From Desulfuromonadales bacterium (GTDB lineage Bacteria; Desulfobacterota; Desulfuromonadia; Desulfuromonadales; JACZKF01), in assembly GCA_029289095.1 (NCBI GenBank), contig JARFUG010000005.1, forward strand, positions 11,914 through 75,913: 64,000 nucleotides of DNA, given 5' to 3'. A program made the position numbers and the translations under genes. Under the pieces are notes generated by a model that saw only the letters and a list, made by a program, of their open reading frames with translations, had not been told where the DNA came from and did no database searches. This document shows positions 1-9,602 of the stretch, piece by piece. The stretch's first letter is position 1. Each line of letters begins with the position of its first letter.

Positions 1-452
1 GGGGGAGGAGAAGAAAGTTGCCGCAGAGCCTCTAAAAGATTGAGAGTCCCCCGCGCGTTGATTTCGAAATCTTCCACAGGCCGACTGACGCTGGTGGTCA
101 CAGCAACCTGCGCCGCGAAATGATAGACCTCCGAGGCGCGGGCGGCGGCCTGGCCCACCGCCTCCGCATCCCGGATGTCGGCGATCTGGACTGCGATCCG
201 ATCGCCGAAGCGCTTTCTGAGCGCCCTCAGATTCTCTTCGACCCCTGGACGACTCAGGTTGTCGAAGACGAGAACCTCGTGCCCCCTTTCCGCCAGGCGC
301 GCTGCGAGGTTGGCGCCGATGAAACCCGCGCCGCCCGTAATAAGAGGGATCCTCTTCGCGTCGGAGGCGTTTTTTCTCCTGCGGCGCACTCTGCCGCTTT
401 CGGGCGCGCTCTCGTTCTGCGGGGGGCGCTCCTTTCCCTGCGCCTTATTCAT
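1..452 (-). CDS. NAD-dependent epimerase/dehydratase (extended SDR), N-terminal part; 3' end runs off the window
   Basis: Manual reverse translation from ATG at 452: MNKAQGKERPP...RIPLITGGAGFIGANLAARLAERGHEVLVFDNLSRPG...VYHFAAQVAVTTSV. Rossmann TGGAGFIG motif. No stop before position 1. ATGA start/stop overlap with the upstream gene at 449-452. Absent from the ORF track because it is open at the window edge. Confidence 0.75.
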   Translation of the reverse strand, partial: MNKAQGKERPPQNESAPESGRVRRRRKNASDAKRIPLITGGAGFIGANLAARLAERGHEVLVFDNLSRPGVEENLRALRKRFGDRIAVQIADIRDAEAVGQAAARASEVYHFAAQVAVTTSVSRPVEDFEINARGTLNLLEALRQLSSPP

Positions 453-1564
453 ACCGTCAGCCCCCTACTTGCCAGCTCGTAGCCTGCCATCTCCACCCTG
501 TCGACGGCGATCTGGCCTTCAAGCCACTCGGTCAGTTCCGCCAGTCCGTTTTCGAAGCGGATCCTCGGGCGGTATCCGAGAACCTCCTGAGCCAGAAGGA
601 TGTCGGCGAAACAGTGACGGATATCCCCCATTCGGAAGCGCCGGGTGATTTCGGGCGCGATCTGCTCCTTTCCCATCACGGCGGCGAGCCTGAGCGCCAC
701 CTCGCGCACGGTAGTCCGGGTGCCGCTGCCGATGTTGTAGACCTGCCCCCCGGAATCGCCGGCCTCCAGTGCCAGACGGCAGGCCGCAGCGACATCGGAG
801 ACGTGAACGAAATCGCGAAGTTGCAGGCCGTCTTCAAAAATCCGTGGAGGTTTGTCATTGAGCAGCCGAGAGGCGAAGATGGCCAGAACCCCCGTGTAGG
901 GGTTTGAAAGCGCCTGGCGCGTTCCGTAGACGTTGAAGAAGCGCAATGCCACCGTTGGAATTCCGTAGGCCTGCCCGACCATGAGGCACTGGCGCTCCTG
1001 AACGTACTTGTTGAGAGCGTAAATCGAGGAGAGTGCGGGGCGCTTGTTCTCAGGTGTCGGGATCGGACGCAGACGCCGCCCCCGCTCGTCGCTCAGTTCC
1101 CATACCGACTGTTGGAGCTGCTCGAGTTCCCGACTCTTCTCCTCCACCAGGCTCCCGTCGGGATCGAGATAGAGTCCCTCGCCGTAGATGCTCATGGACG
1201 AGGCGACGATCAGGCGCTTGACGGGGTGCTCTGTCAGCGCCTGCAGAAGGACTGCGGTGCCGTTCTCGTTGACGTCGACGTAGTCGCGTATCTGGTACAT
1301 GCTCTGGCCGACGCCTACTTTGGCGGCAAAATGAAAAACAGCGTCGATCCCCTGCAGCGCGCGCACGACGGCCTGCTCATCGCGCACATCTCCGATCTGC
1401 AGCTCGACCTGCGGATCGAGATAGGAAGGGGGGCGGCGATCGGGGTGTATCTGCTCGCAGAGGTTGTCCAGGACGCGGACGCGGTAACCGGCCGCCAGGA
1501 GCTCGTCTGCAAGGTGAGAGCCGATGAAGCCGGCCCCCCCGGTGATTAGGACATGATCAGACAT
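449..1564 (-). CDS. NAD-dependent epimerase/dehydratase (extended SDR, UDP-sugar 4-epimerase/dehydratase-like)
   Basis: 371-aa ORF. N-terminal ITGGAGFIGSHL Rossmann motif and catalytic YALNK (YxxxK). Divergent from the main cluster. Confidence 0.9.
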   Translation of the reverse strand: MSDHVLITGGAGFIGSHLADELLAAGYRVRVLDNLCEQIHPDRRPPSYLDPQVELQIGDVRDEQAVVRALQGIDAVFHFAAKVGVGQSMYQIRDYVDVNENGTAVLLQALTEHPVKRLIVASSMSIYGEGLYLDPDGSLVEEKSRELEQLQQSVWELSDERGRRLRPIPTPENKRPALSSIYALNKYVQERQCLMVGQAYGIPTVALRFFNVYGTRQALSNPYTGVLAIFASRLLNDKPPRIFEDGLQLRDFVHVSDVAAACRLALEAGDSGGQVYNIGSGTRTTVREVALRLAAVMGKEQIAPEITRRFRMGDIRHCFADILLAQEVLGYRPRIRFENGLAELTEWLEGQIAVDRVEMAGYELASRGLTV

Positions 1565-1810
1565 GCGAAGACCTCACAGTTAGCTTTAACTAATGATAGC
1601 CAGTAAATATCTAGCACCTCATCGCCTGAGCGCAAGCATTGGGGGGCAAAAACATCTTTCTGCCGTCTTTTCGTCGTCTGCTCCCGATCCCTACGACCAG
1701 AAAAGCGCCGACAGGGGGCGCAGGAAGGTCGCCCCGGGAGCGAGAAATTTAAACCTTGGATCCAATTGCATTCGAGTTGGGATTTGATAAAACCCTTTAA
1801 TAATAATTTA

Positions 1811-1840
1811 TTGAAATTGCGACCTTTCCGCAGATGAAAT
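1811..1840 (+). promoter_or_regulatory. candidate sigma-70-type promoter for the + strand cluster
   Basis: TTGAAA (1811-1816), 18-nt spacer, TGAAAT (1835-1840), inside the only AT-rich stretch of the 448-nt divergent spacer. Motif match only. Confidence 0.2.
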
Positions 1841-2012
1841 CCGACGGTTTCAGCAATTTCCTTCTCTGAACGGCTTAATGTGACCATGACAGACCGCTGC
1901 CTCGGACTCGCAGCCACGCTGCTCGATAATCCCGCGTTTCGATGGGAGAAGTGGATCCGGAAAAGGATGCAGGAGACCTGCGTGTGCGTCTTCGTCTCCT
2001 GGAGAGACATCG

Positions 2013-3371
2013 ATGAATAAAGCCCTGCTGGTTCTGATGATTGGAGACCTGGGAGCCGCCATGGCCGCCCACTCCCTCGGGCCGGTTTTCCTGCAGGGCG
2101 CTCTGCTCGAGGGGAACGCTCCCCATTCGACCATTTACCAAACCGTCATCTTTGCGGCGGCGCTCATGCTCACGAGCTATCTTGCCGAACTCTACAGTTG
2201 GGACCACAACAACGGGCGCATGGAAATCGTGATGCGCATCGGGGCCTCTGTTCTACTGGCTTTCTTCCTGCTGTCGGGGATCTACTATCTCATTCCCGAC
2301 GTCACGCCGGAGCGCATCTCCCTGGTGGCTTCGCTGGCGCTTTTCGGATTCGTTCAACTCATCTGGCACATCGGCTTCTTCATCTTTCTGCGCATGCCCG
2401 GGATTGCGCAGAAAATCCTGATCTTCGGCGTCGGACCTCTGGCCGACCAGATCGAGAGGGTGCTGGCGTCCCATCCCCATAACTACATTCTGGCCGGCTC
2501 GATCCGACCGCCCGGCATGGCGGTCAGTCCGGGCTCGATCGACACCTTGGGAAGCCGTGATGGGCTTGCGGTCACGGCCATGCGGGAGAAGGTCAACACC
2601 ATCGTCATCTCCGTCTCCGAAAGACGCGGCGTTCTGCCGGTGCGCGAAATTCTCGGCTGCAAACTCAACGGCATTGAGATCGTCGACGACCTGTCGTTCT
2701 ACGAGAGGATCACCGGAAAGTTGCTGGTCGAAAGGATGCATCCGAGTTCCCTGATCTTTTCCAACGGCTCACGTCTGACCGCCTTCGTGCGTTTTTACAA
2801 AAGGGTGTTCGATCTGATGTTCGCATCGATCGGGATCGTCTTCGCTTCGCCCCTTTTTCCGCTGATCGCACTGGCCATACGGCTCGATTCGCCCGGGCCG
2901 GTCTTCTTCCGCCAGAGCCGGGTGGGTAGAGGCGAAGAGGTATTCACCCTCTACAAGTTCCGAACGATGCGCCAGGATGCGGAAAAGGGGACCGGCGCGG
3001 TGTGGGCCAGGGAAAACGACCCCCGTATCACCCGGGTCGGCAGGATTCTGCGCAAATCGCGCCTGGACGAGATTCCCCAGCTTTTCAATGTCCTGAAGGG
3101 GGAGATGAGTTTCGTCGGCCCGCGCCCCGAGCGCCCCGAGTTTGTCGAAACACTCAAGGAGAAGATCCCTTATTACTCCAATCGTCACTACGTCAAGCCG
3201 GGCGCCACCGGCTGGGCGCAGGTGAAATATCCCTACGGCGCCTCGGTCGAAGACGCCGTCGAAAAGCTCTGCTACGACCTGTACTACATCAAGAACTATT
3301 CGCTCCTGCTCGATTTCCTGATCATTCTCGAGACCGTCAAGGTCGTCCTCTTCGGGCGGGGAGCGCGCTAA
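2013..3371 (+). CDS. priming polyprenyl-phosphate sugar-phosphate transferase (bacterial sugar transferase family, EpsB/WbaP-like)
   Basis: 452 aa. N-terminal TM segments. C-terminal domain [54 protein letters not shown]...[26 protein letters not shown] is the canonical bacterial sugar transferase signature. Confidence 0.9.
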   Translation: MNKALLVLMIGDLGAAMAAHSLGPVFLQGALLEGNAPHSTIYQTVIFAAALMLTSYLAELYSWDHNNGRMEIVMRIGASVLLAFFLLSGIYYLIPDVTPERISLVASLALFGFVQLIWHIGFFIFLRMPGIAQKILIFGVGPLADQIERVLASHPHNYILAGSIRPPGMAVSPGSIDTLGSRDGLAVTAMREKVNTIVISVSERRGVLPVREILGCKLNGIEIVDDLSFYERITGKLLVERMHPSSLIFSNGSRLTAFVRFYKRVFDLMFASIGIVFASPLFPLIALAIRLDSPGPVFFRQSRVGRGEEVFTLYKFRTMRQDAEKGTGAVWARENDPRITRVGRILRKSRLDEIPQLFNVLKGEMSFVGPRPERPEFVETLKEKIPYYSNRHYVKPGATGWAQVKYPYGASVEDAVEKLCYDLYYIKNYSLLLDFLIILETVKVVLFGRGAR

Positions 3372-3384
3372 CTTCTTCAAGGAG

Positions 3385-4197
3385 GTGGAAATGAAGTCTC
3401 GATTCGTCATTGCAGCTCTCATCCTGGCCCTGATCGCGCCGCTGAGCGCCGTCGCCTCGGACTACGTCATCGGCGACGGGGATGTCCTGGAGGTCGCCGT
3501 CTGGGGAGTGAGCGAGCTGAGCTTCACCGCACGGGTGCGCCCCGACGGCAAAGTGACCGTGCCGGGGCTCGGCGAGGTCATCGCCACAGGCAAGACCCCG
3601 ACCGAACTGCAAAGAGAGCTCGAAACCGGACTGCGCAGACTCGTCAAGAGCCCCATCGTGACCGTTTCGCTGCTGGAGATCACCAATAACCAGGTGCACA
3701 TCTTCGGCGGCGGGGTCGCTTCAGGCGTCTACGATCTGAACCGTCGCACCACACTTCTGCAGCTTCTGTGTCAGATTTCCGATTTCGCGCAGGCCGACCT
3801 CAGCCGCGCCTACCTGATGCGTTCAGGGGAGATGATCAAGGAGGGGTTCTCCGAGCTCTTCCTCAGGGGGATCGCCAGAGAGGACATCGTGCTGCAGGCC
3901 GGAGACGTGATCTTCATCCCCCTGGCCGAAGAGCAGAACGTCTACGTCCTTGGGGCGGTCATGGCGCCGCGGTTCGTCGTCTATCGCGAGGGGCTCACGG
4001 TCATGGAAGCAATTCTGGAGGCCGGAGGGTTCAACCGCTTCGCCCGACCCAACTCCACGGTCATTCTGCGAAAAGTGGAGGGTCGTGAAGAAAGGATCGA
4101 AGTCCGGATGAACGACCTCATCAAAAAAGGCGACCTGCGGCAGAATTTCCGCCTCAATGTCGGGGACTACGTCATTGTCAGAGAAGGTCTTTTCTAG
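3385..4197 (+). CDS. periplasmic/OM polysaccharide export protein (Wza/EpsE-like)
   Basis: 270 aa. Signal peptide MEMKSRFVIAALILALIAPLSAVA. YVIGDGDVLEVAVWG poly-export motif followed by SLBB-like repeats. RBS GGAGG upstream. Confidence 0.9.
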   Translation: MEMKSRFVIAALILALIAPLSAVASDYVIGDGDVLEVAVWGVSELSFTARVRPDGKVTVPGLGEVIATGKTPTELQRELETGLRRLVKSPIVTVSLLEITNNQVHIFGGGVASGVYDLNRRTTLLQLLCQISDFAQADLSRAYLMRSGEMIKEGFSELFLRGIAREDIVLQAGDVIFIPLAEEQNVYVLGAVMAPRFVVYREGLTVMEAILEAGGFNRFARPNSTVILRKVEGREERIEVRMNDLIKKGDLRQNFRLNVGDYVIVREGLF

Positions 4198-4302
4198 TTA
4201 TCGCACCGAAGATTTCCGCGCCCCCCGGGGCTGAGGATGTCTTTGTTTTTCGGTGCGGGATCCAGCAGGTGTCCTGACGGACGCCATCTATGGAGAACAG
4301 AC

Positions 4303-5796
4303 ATGTCTTCCCCTGAATTCGATTACAGGAAGTATCTCGCCCTGATCATGAAGCGGCGATATCTCTTTACGGCGGTCGCCATTCTAGTGGCCAGCGCCGG
4401 AATCGCCTTCACCTATCTCAAACCGGAGAGGTACGAGGCGAAATCGACGGTCTTCATCGAGCGCAGCGTTCTCACCGAGCTCTTCCAGGGGCTCGCCGTG
4501 ACGCATTCGATCGAAGAGAGGCTCCGGGTGCTCAGCTATGCCCTGAACACCCGGGCCCTTCTGGCCAAGGTGGTCGAGGAACTCGATCCGATCTACCACG
4601 GCGGAGACGAGGGAAAAAAGAAAGGGCTCATCGCGAAGTTCCAGACCAACACCGAGATCACCATCCAGGGGCAGGATCTCTTCACCATCGTCTATCGCGA
4701 TGCGGATCCTGTCCTGGCGCGAGATTATGTCAACACTCTGATTCGAACCTACATCGACGAAAATCTCTCGACAGTGCGCCAGGGCTCTTTCGGAGCGAAC
4801 CGTTTTCTCATGGAGCAGATGGAGCACTTCCGGCGCAGTCTCCAGGAGGCCGAAGCGCGTCTGGCCGAGTTCAGGCAGAACGAGCACTATCTCGTCTCGG
4901 CCGACGAATCGATTCTGCTGGCCGCCATCGAGGCCGATCGAAGCGCCCTTGAAGAGATCCTGATCCGCAAGGACGAACTCATGGCCCGGCGCCAGATCCT
5001 CAACCGCGGAAGCGTTCCAGGAGGATCGGCCGTCGAGTACCTCGCCGCGCTGCAGCGCCGACGCGACCAGTTGCTTCTGACCTATACCGAGCACTACCCG
5101 GAGGTGAAACTCGTTGACGCGGAGATCGCGCAGATCCGGGAGGCGATGAAAAACGGAACTCTCGACGGAACAACGGAGATCGAGGACGGCTCTCTGGAGA
5201 GCAGCCTTATTTCGGTGGAACTTCGGGCCGTCAGCCAGAGAGAAGCGCAGTTGCGCCAGGCGCTGGAGGAAAAGAGGGCGATCCTGGCCGCCCTGCCGGA
5301 GAAGAGACAGATCCTGAACAACCTGGAGCGCGACCGCAACACCTACTTCGAAGCATATCAGCAGCTTGTCGCCCGCTACGGTCGCTCGGAAGTCTCCAAG
5401 CAGATCGACCTTCAGGACAAGGCAGATACCTTCCGCATCGTCGATGCGGCCATGCTGCCGACCTCGCCGGTCGACCCCAAGAGGATCCCCTTCATTTTGC
5501 TGAGTCTCGTTGCGGGGCTCGGGGTTGCCTACGGTCTGGTTTTCGCCACCGATTATCTCGACAATTCCCTGCGAGGCGTCGACGAAATCCAGACTCTCGG
5601 GCTCCCGGTGCTGGCGATTCTGCCGCGCTTCACCACGGCCGAGGAACGAATGCGCGAGCGAAAGAAAAATGTCGCCCTGGCGACCTTCGCGGGGCTCTAT
5701 CTGCTTGGGGTGTTGGGGCTGCTGGTTTTCGAAGTCATCGAAATCCAGGAAGCGGAGACGGTCGCGAGCGTGCTGCTGCTGGTGGTGGCCGCTTGA
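4303..5796 (+). CDS. polysaccharide chain-length determinant (Wzz/PCP, EpsF-like)
   Basis: ORF 4237-5796. Start moved to ATG 4303 (GGAGA RBS at 4292). N-terminal TM (YLFTAVAILVASAGIAF), long coiled-coil periplasmic region, C-terminal TM. PCP architecture. Confidence 0.85.
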   Translation: MSSPEFDYRKYLALIMKRRYLFTAVAILVASAGIAFTYLKPERYEAKSTVFIERSVLTELFQGLAVTHSIEERLRVLSYALNTRALLAKVVEELDPIYHGGDEGKKKGLIAKFQTNTEITIQGQDLFTIVYRDADPVLARDYVNTLIRTYIDENLSTVRQGSFGANRFLMEQMEHFRRSLQEAEARLAEFRQNEHYLVSADESILLAAIEADRSALEEILIRKDELMARRQILNRGSVPGGSAVEYLAALQRRRDQLLLTYTEHYPEVKLVDAEIAQIREAMKNGTLDGTTEIEDGSLESSLISVELRAVSQREAQLRQALEEKRAILAALPEKRQILNNLERDRNTYFEAYQQLVARYGRSEVSKQIDLQDKADTFRIVDAAMLPTSPVDPKRIPFILLSLVAGLGVAYGLVFATDYLDNSLRGVDEIQTLGLPVLAILPRFTTAEERMRERKKNVALATFAGLYLLGVLGLLVFEVIEIQEAETVASVLLLVVAA

Positions 5797-5854
5797 GACG
5801 CCTCGGTGTCGGCCAGGGGAATCGATTCCGGAAACAGAGCAAGGGGGTATCAAG

Positions 5855-6724
5855 GTGAGTCGAATCGAAAAAGCACTGGAAAAAGCGACGGGGCAGAGGG
5901 GAGGCTCCAGGGAAAAGGACGAGGCGGGGATCGTCGAGAAGAGCATCAGGAAAAGTCTGCCCGAAGACGCCGGCGTCGTTTCCTCGACCCCTTCCGGCTC
6001 TCATCGGCATGTTTGGCCGGCAGAGGGAGCGGTGGAGATGAAGATCGATCATCCGATGCTCATCACGTACCGCGACCCGCGCTCGCCGATCTCCGAAGAG
6101 TTCAGGAAGCTGAAGACCTCACTGGTGACGCTGGCCAGGGAGGGGGATGCGAGAAGGACTCTCATGATCACCAGTTGCCTGAGCGGAGAGGGCAAGAGCG
6201 TGACGGCCATCAACCTCGCCATCACCCTGGCGCGGGAGTACGACCATACCGTCCTGCTGGTCGATGCCGACCTGCGCAAGCCCTCGGTCCACAAATATTT
6301 CCGCCTCACTCCAAGGCTCGGGCTTGCCGACTGCCTCGCCGACGGCGCCGATATCGGGGCGGCCCTCATCAAGACCGGGATTGGCAGACTCTCCATCCTC
6401 CCTGCGGGGCGTGAGGTGGAAAATCCGGCAGAACTCATCGGGTCGCAACGAATGAAGACCCTGGTCCAGGAGATGAGGCGCCGCTATACCGACCGCATCG
6501 TCATCTTCGACTCCCCCCCGGTGCTTTCGGTAGCCGAGACCCGCGCGCTGAGCACGTTGGTCGACGGAATTCTCTTCGTCGTAAAAGAAGGAATGGTCAG
6601 CCGCACCCATGTCCTCGACGCCCTTGGAGCCATCCAGGACAAGAAGGTGCTCGGAATCGTCTACAACCACATCGAGAACGAAAGCCTCAAGGGGCGCTAC
6701 CACTATTACTATCATGGGTATTGA
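5855..6724 (+). CDS. BY-kinase-like ATPase / chain-length determinant tyrosine kinase (EpsG-like)
   Basis: In-frame GTG at 5855 with AAGGGGG RBS. N-terminus VSRIEKALEKA. Walker A SGEGKSV, A' VLLVDADLRKP, B IVIFDSPP. Tyr-rich C-terminus RYHYYYHGY. The 5' part of ORF 5510-6724 overlaps the previous gene and is rejected. Confidence 0.85.
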   Translation: MSRIEKALEKATGQRGGSREKDEAGIVEKSIRKSLPEDAGVVSSTPSGSHRHVWPAEGAVEMKIDHPMLITYRDPRSPISEEFRKLKTSLVTLAREGDARRTLMITSCLSGEGKSVTAINLAITLAREYDHTVLLVDADLRKPSVHKYFRLTPRLGLADCLADGADIGAALIKTGIGRLSILPAGREVENPAELIGSQRMKTLVQEMRRRYTDRIVIFDSPPVLSVAETRALSTLVDGILFVVKEGMVSRTHVLDALGAIQDKKVLGIVYNHIENESLKGRYHYYYHGY

Positions 6725-6741
6725 GGAGCAGGAGCCAGAAT

Positions 6742-6806
6742 CCAGGAGCCAGGAGCCAGAATAGGGTCTTTGGCTTTCCTCCTGGCTTCTGGCTTCTGGC
6801 TCCTGG
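6742..6806. repeat. heptamer-repeat inverted pair (CCAGGAG/CCAGAAG family) forming a long hairpin
   Basis: CCAGGAGCCAGGAGCCAGAA (6742-6761) pairs with TTCTGGCTTCTGGCTCCTGG (6787-6806), 19 of 20 bp, 25-nt loop. Lies between the kinase stop (6724) and the ATPase start (6828). No T-run. Confidence 0.9.
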
Positions 6807-6827
6807 ATGCTGCCCTCAGGAACCTCA

Positions 6828-7997
6828 ATGTACGAAGCTTTCTTCGGACTGAACAAAAAACCTTTCGAGCTGGTGCCGAATCCGGATTTCCTCTACCTGA
6901 GCCGCTCCCATTCCCGGGCCGGGACGTATCTTGATTACGCCATGAGGGAAAATACCGGATTCATCCTGTTGACGGGCGAAGTCGGCGCGGGGAAGACGAC
7001 CATCATCCGCAGGCTCCTGGGGACTCTCGGCCCTAACGTGCAGGTCTCCAAGGTCTTCAACACCAGGCTCGAGGCCGATCAGCTCATCGCCACCATCAAC
7101 GACGACTTCGGCATAGAGATCGAGGGGCGCAGCAAGGTTCAGATGCTCAGGGATCTGTACCAGTTTCTCATCGAACAGTACGGCAACCAGAGGCGCTCTG
7201 TGCTGATCATCGACGAGGCGCAGAACCTCTCCGTCGATTCACTCGAAGAGTTGCGGATGCTCTCTAACCTGGAGACCAACGATACCAAGCTGCTGCAGAT
7301 CCTCCTGGTCGGTCAGCCCGAGTTGAAGAAGATCCTCTCGGTCCCTGAACTGCGACAGCTTCGCCAGCGCATCAGCATCCATTGCCACATCAACCCCCTG
7401 AGTCCGGAGGAGACGGCGCAGTATGTCTTCCACCGCCTGGAGGTCGCCGGGAACCGTGACGCCGTCAGCTTCGACGAGGAGGCTCTTTCCCTCGTTCATG
7501 AATACAGCGGGGGGATCCCCCGCCTGATCAATGTACTGTGCGATTTTCTTCTCCTGTCGGCCTTTGCCGAAGAGACGCGCGCCATCACTGGGAATCTGGT
7601 CGACGAGGTTGCCTCCGACAGTCAGTTCGAGGGGCAGTTCCTCCCTCGAAAGACACCTCTAACACGTCGCCCCTCGGGCTCCGGGGAAAAAGGAGATAAC
7701 CAGCCCCGGGTCCGCGCTTCTTCGTCTGAGGGCGCGGCTCCGGATCGCGCGCCGCAAGCGCCGCTACGCAGCGGCGCCGCCGAAAAAGCGGCGGAAATCT
7801 ACCGCAAACTCGACGCTTTCGAGCAATCGATCCAGCAGGTCAGTCGCGGCCTTCTGGAGAACGAAGTGCGTCCGGCCCATCTGCGCATTCCGGAAAGCGA
7901 GTCCGAAGACGTCGTCATCGAAATGCCCGATTTCAAAAGAAGCGCTTCTGCCTCGGGGCGCTGGATCAGCGAGCTGAAAAAAATCTTTACGCGTTGA
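6828..7997 (+). CDS. AAA ATPase, ExeA/GspA-like (PEP-CTERM-locus secretion ATPase type)
   Basis: MYEAFFGLNKKPFELVPNPDFLYLSRSH... N-terminus typical of ExeA-like proteins. Walker A LTGEVGAGKTT and Walker B VLIIDEAQ. Disordered C-terminal tail. Confidence 0.85.
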   Translation: MYEAFFGLNKKPFELVPNPDFLYLSRSHSRAGTYLDYAMRENTGFILLTGEVGAGKTTIIRRLLGTLGPNVQVSKVFNTRLEADQLIATINDDFGIEIEGRSKVQMLRDLYQFLIEQYGNQRRSVLIIDEAQNLSVDSLEELRMLSNLETNDTKLLQILLVGQPELKKILSVPELRQLRQRISIHCHINPLSPEETAQYVFHRLEVAGNRDAVSFDEEALSLVHEYSGGIPRLINVLCDFLLLSAFAEETRAITGNLVDEVASDSQFEGQFLPRKTPLTRRPSGSGEKGDNQPRVRASSSEGAAPDRAPQAPLRSGAAEKAAEIYRKLDAFEQSIQQVSRGLLENEVRPAHLRIPESESEDVVIEMPDFKRSASASGRWISELKKIFTR

Positions 7998-8018
7998 ACT
8001 TCCGGAAGGACCCTGGTC

Positions 8019-9254
8019 ATGAAATGGCGATATTTCGCAGGAGGATTCGTTGCCGTGCTCGTGGTGCTGAGCTGCACCGTCTCACAAGTTTACGGCGAAC
8101 TCAAAATCTATCCGGCGCTGACGCTGAGCGAGACCTACAACGACAACATCTTCAACGCTCCGGACAACAGGGTCAGCGAGTACGTCACCCGTCTCATGCC
8201 CTCGGTCGCCGCGACCTACGATGCCGCGCGCCTGGAGGCGGCGCTTGGCTATACCCTCGATTACAGGTATTACCTGCGGGGGGAGGCCGACAACGAAACG
8301 GTCCACTTCCTCGAGGCGCGGGTCCTCGCGACCCTCTACCGCCAATCGGTCTTCCTGGAAGTGGAGAACGAGCTGTCGCGAGTCTCACTCGACCCGGCGC
8401 GCGACTTCAGGGACGAGAGTCTGTTTCTCAACCAGAGCGACCGCAACGCCTTCTCGATCAGCCCCTTCATCGAGATCGAGCCGACTCCCCGGACACGGCT
8501 GCGCAGTGGGTATCGCTACGTTAACATCAACTACTCCGGGGCGGCAGGGGTCGATCGCGACAACCACATCATCTTCGTCGAAGGGTCGCGCGAACTGAAC
8601 GAGCGTACGACCGCCACCCTCGCAGCCCAGCATCTCGAAGAGGACAGCGCCCGCATCGATTACAGCAAGAGCGAAGTGAGAGCGGGGCTGCGCCGCGCTC
8701 TGTCCGAAACGCTCTACATCGCGGGCTCGATCGGATACGCCTGGATCGATTTCGACAACGACGTGCAGCAAAGAGACCTCTTCTGGGATGCCTCGGTGAG
8801 CAAGGACTTCATCCACGTCTTTGCCTTTGCCGGAATCGGGCGCCGCTATACCGAGGATCCGGAAGGGACGATCTTTCGCGAGGAATATTACCGGTTTTCC
8901 CTGAGCCGCGACTGGGAGCGCACGCGGGTGGCGGCGACAGCGACCTATGCCGAGTATTTCGAAACGCAGACCGACGATCTCGACACCCGCCGCAGGGGGG
9001 GGAGTCTGAGCCTCCATCACGAACTGACCCCTCGCTGGACTCTCCTGTCCGCACTGGGCGCCGACTGGTTCGACGACGCCATCGAGCGCACCGAAACGAG
9101 GCGCCTGATCTACAGCATCGCCTTCGCCTACATGCTCAGAGAAAACATGACGGCCACCTTCACCTATTCCCACGTCGATTCCCACTCCCCCGAACTGCTG
9201 AGAGACCGTTATCGGACAAACCGGGTCATGCTCGAGCTGCACACGGTGTTTTGA
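8019..9254 (+). CDS. outer-membrane beta-barrel protein (PEP-CTERM system-associated type)
   Basis: 411 aa. Signal peptide ...VLVVLSCTVSQVYG. Alternating amphipathic beta-strand pattern rich in Y/R/D/T. C-terminal ...MLELHTVF with terminal Phe. Sits after the ATPase as in described PEP-CTERM loci. Confidence 0.7.
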   Translation: MKWRYFAGGFVAVLVVLSCTVSQVYGELKIYPALTLSETYNDNIFNAPDNRVSEYVTRLMPSVAATYDAARLEAALGYTLDYRYYLRGEADNETVHFLEARVLATLYRQSVFLEVENELSRVSLDPARDFRDESLFLNQSDRNAFSISPFIEIEPTPRTRLRSGYRYVNINYSGAAGVDRDNHIIFVEGSRELNERTTATLAAQHLEEDSARIDYSKSEVRAGLRRALSETLYIAGSIGYAWIDFDNDVQQRDLFWDASVSKDFIHVFAFAGIGRRYTEDPEGTIFREEYYRFSLSRDWERTRVAATATYAEYFETQTDDLDTRRRGGSLSLHHELTPRWTLLSALGADWFDDAIERTETRRLIYSIAFAYMLRENMTATFTYSHVDSHSPELLRDRYRTNRVMLELHTVF

Positions 9255-9256
9255 GG

Positions 9257-9467
9257 GGCAGAATCCAGGAGCCAGGAGCCAGGCGTAGGGGCGGCCCCCT
9301 GTGGCCGCCCTGGACAGGCGTAGGGGCATTGGACCTATTGGACCTCTGGGACCTCTGGGCAGGCACGGGTGCCTGCCCCTACGTTGCCTTGTCCTCCGTC
9401 TTCTGCCCTCCGTCTTCCGTCCTCAGTCCTCAGTCCTTTGTCCGTCTTCCGTCTTCCGGCTTCCTCC
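9257..9467. repeat. composite repeat spacer: CCAGGAG heptamers, CAGGCGTAGGGG direct repeat, 9-mer repeats, GC palindromes, eleven GTCYTCN heptamers
   Basis: CCAGGAG x2.7 at 9265-9283. CAGGCGTAGGGG at 9280-9291 and 9315-9326, with CCCCTACG at 9376-9383. Hairpin GGGCGGCC/GGCCGCCC at 9289-9310. ATTGGACCT/CTGGGACCT 9-mers at 9328-9363. Palindrome GGGCAGGCAC-GG-GTGCCTGCCC at 9357-9378. 7-nt periodic GTCCTCC GTCTTCT GCCCTCC GTCTTCC GTCCTCA GTCCTCA... at 9391-9467. Confidence 0.9.
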
Positions 9468-9602
9468 CTTTGTATTGATTCACGCTCCCCCTGTTCCAAC
9501 ACCTTGGATTGATTTTGGCCGATGCAACGGATTGGGGATTGATTCGATGCGGAAGCGAGATAATCTCGCAAATATGAAAGAAAATTTAGGTTTGGAGGAT
9601 CC

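Noticed and set aside
1757-1770. A sigma-54-like TGGATCCAATTGCA upstream of the priming transferase.
   Set aside because: The GG-to-GC spacing is two nt too short compared with TGGCAC-N5-TTGC.
1565-2012. A c-di-GMP (GEMM-I) or other riboswitch in the leader of the EPS cluster.
   Set aside because: I could not find the conserved GEMM-I core (GGCAAACC...GGGACGCAAAGCC-type elements) on either strand by eye. GGGGCAAAAAC near 1640 is only a superficial resemblance. A covariance-model scan is needed to exclude it fully.
9505-9520. A sigma-54-like TGGATTGATTTTGGCC upstream of the deacetylase gene.
   Set aside because: The spacing is correct, but only the GG and GC dinucleotides match, and both elements are otherwise poor (TGGATT, TGGC). 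This is too weak to call without a PWM score or 5' end data.
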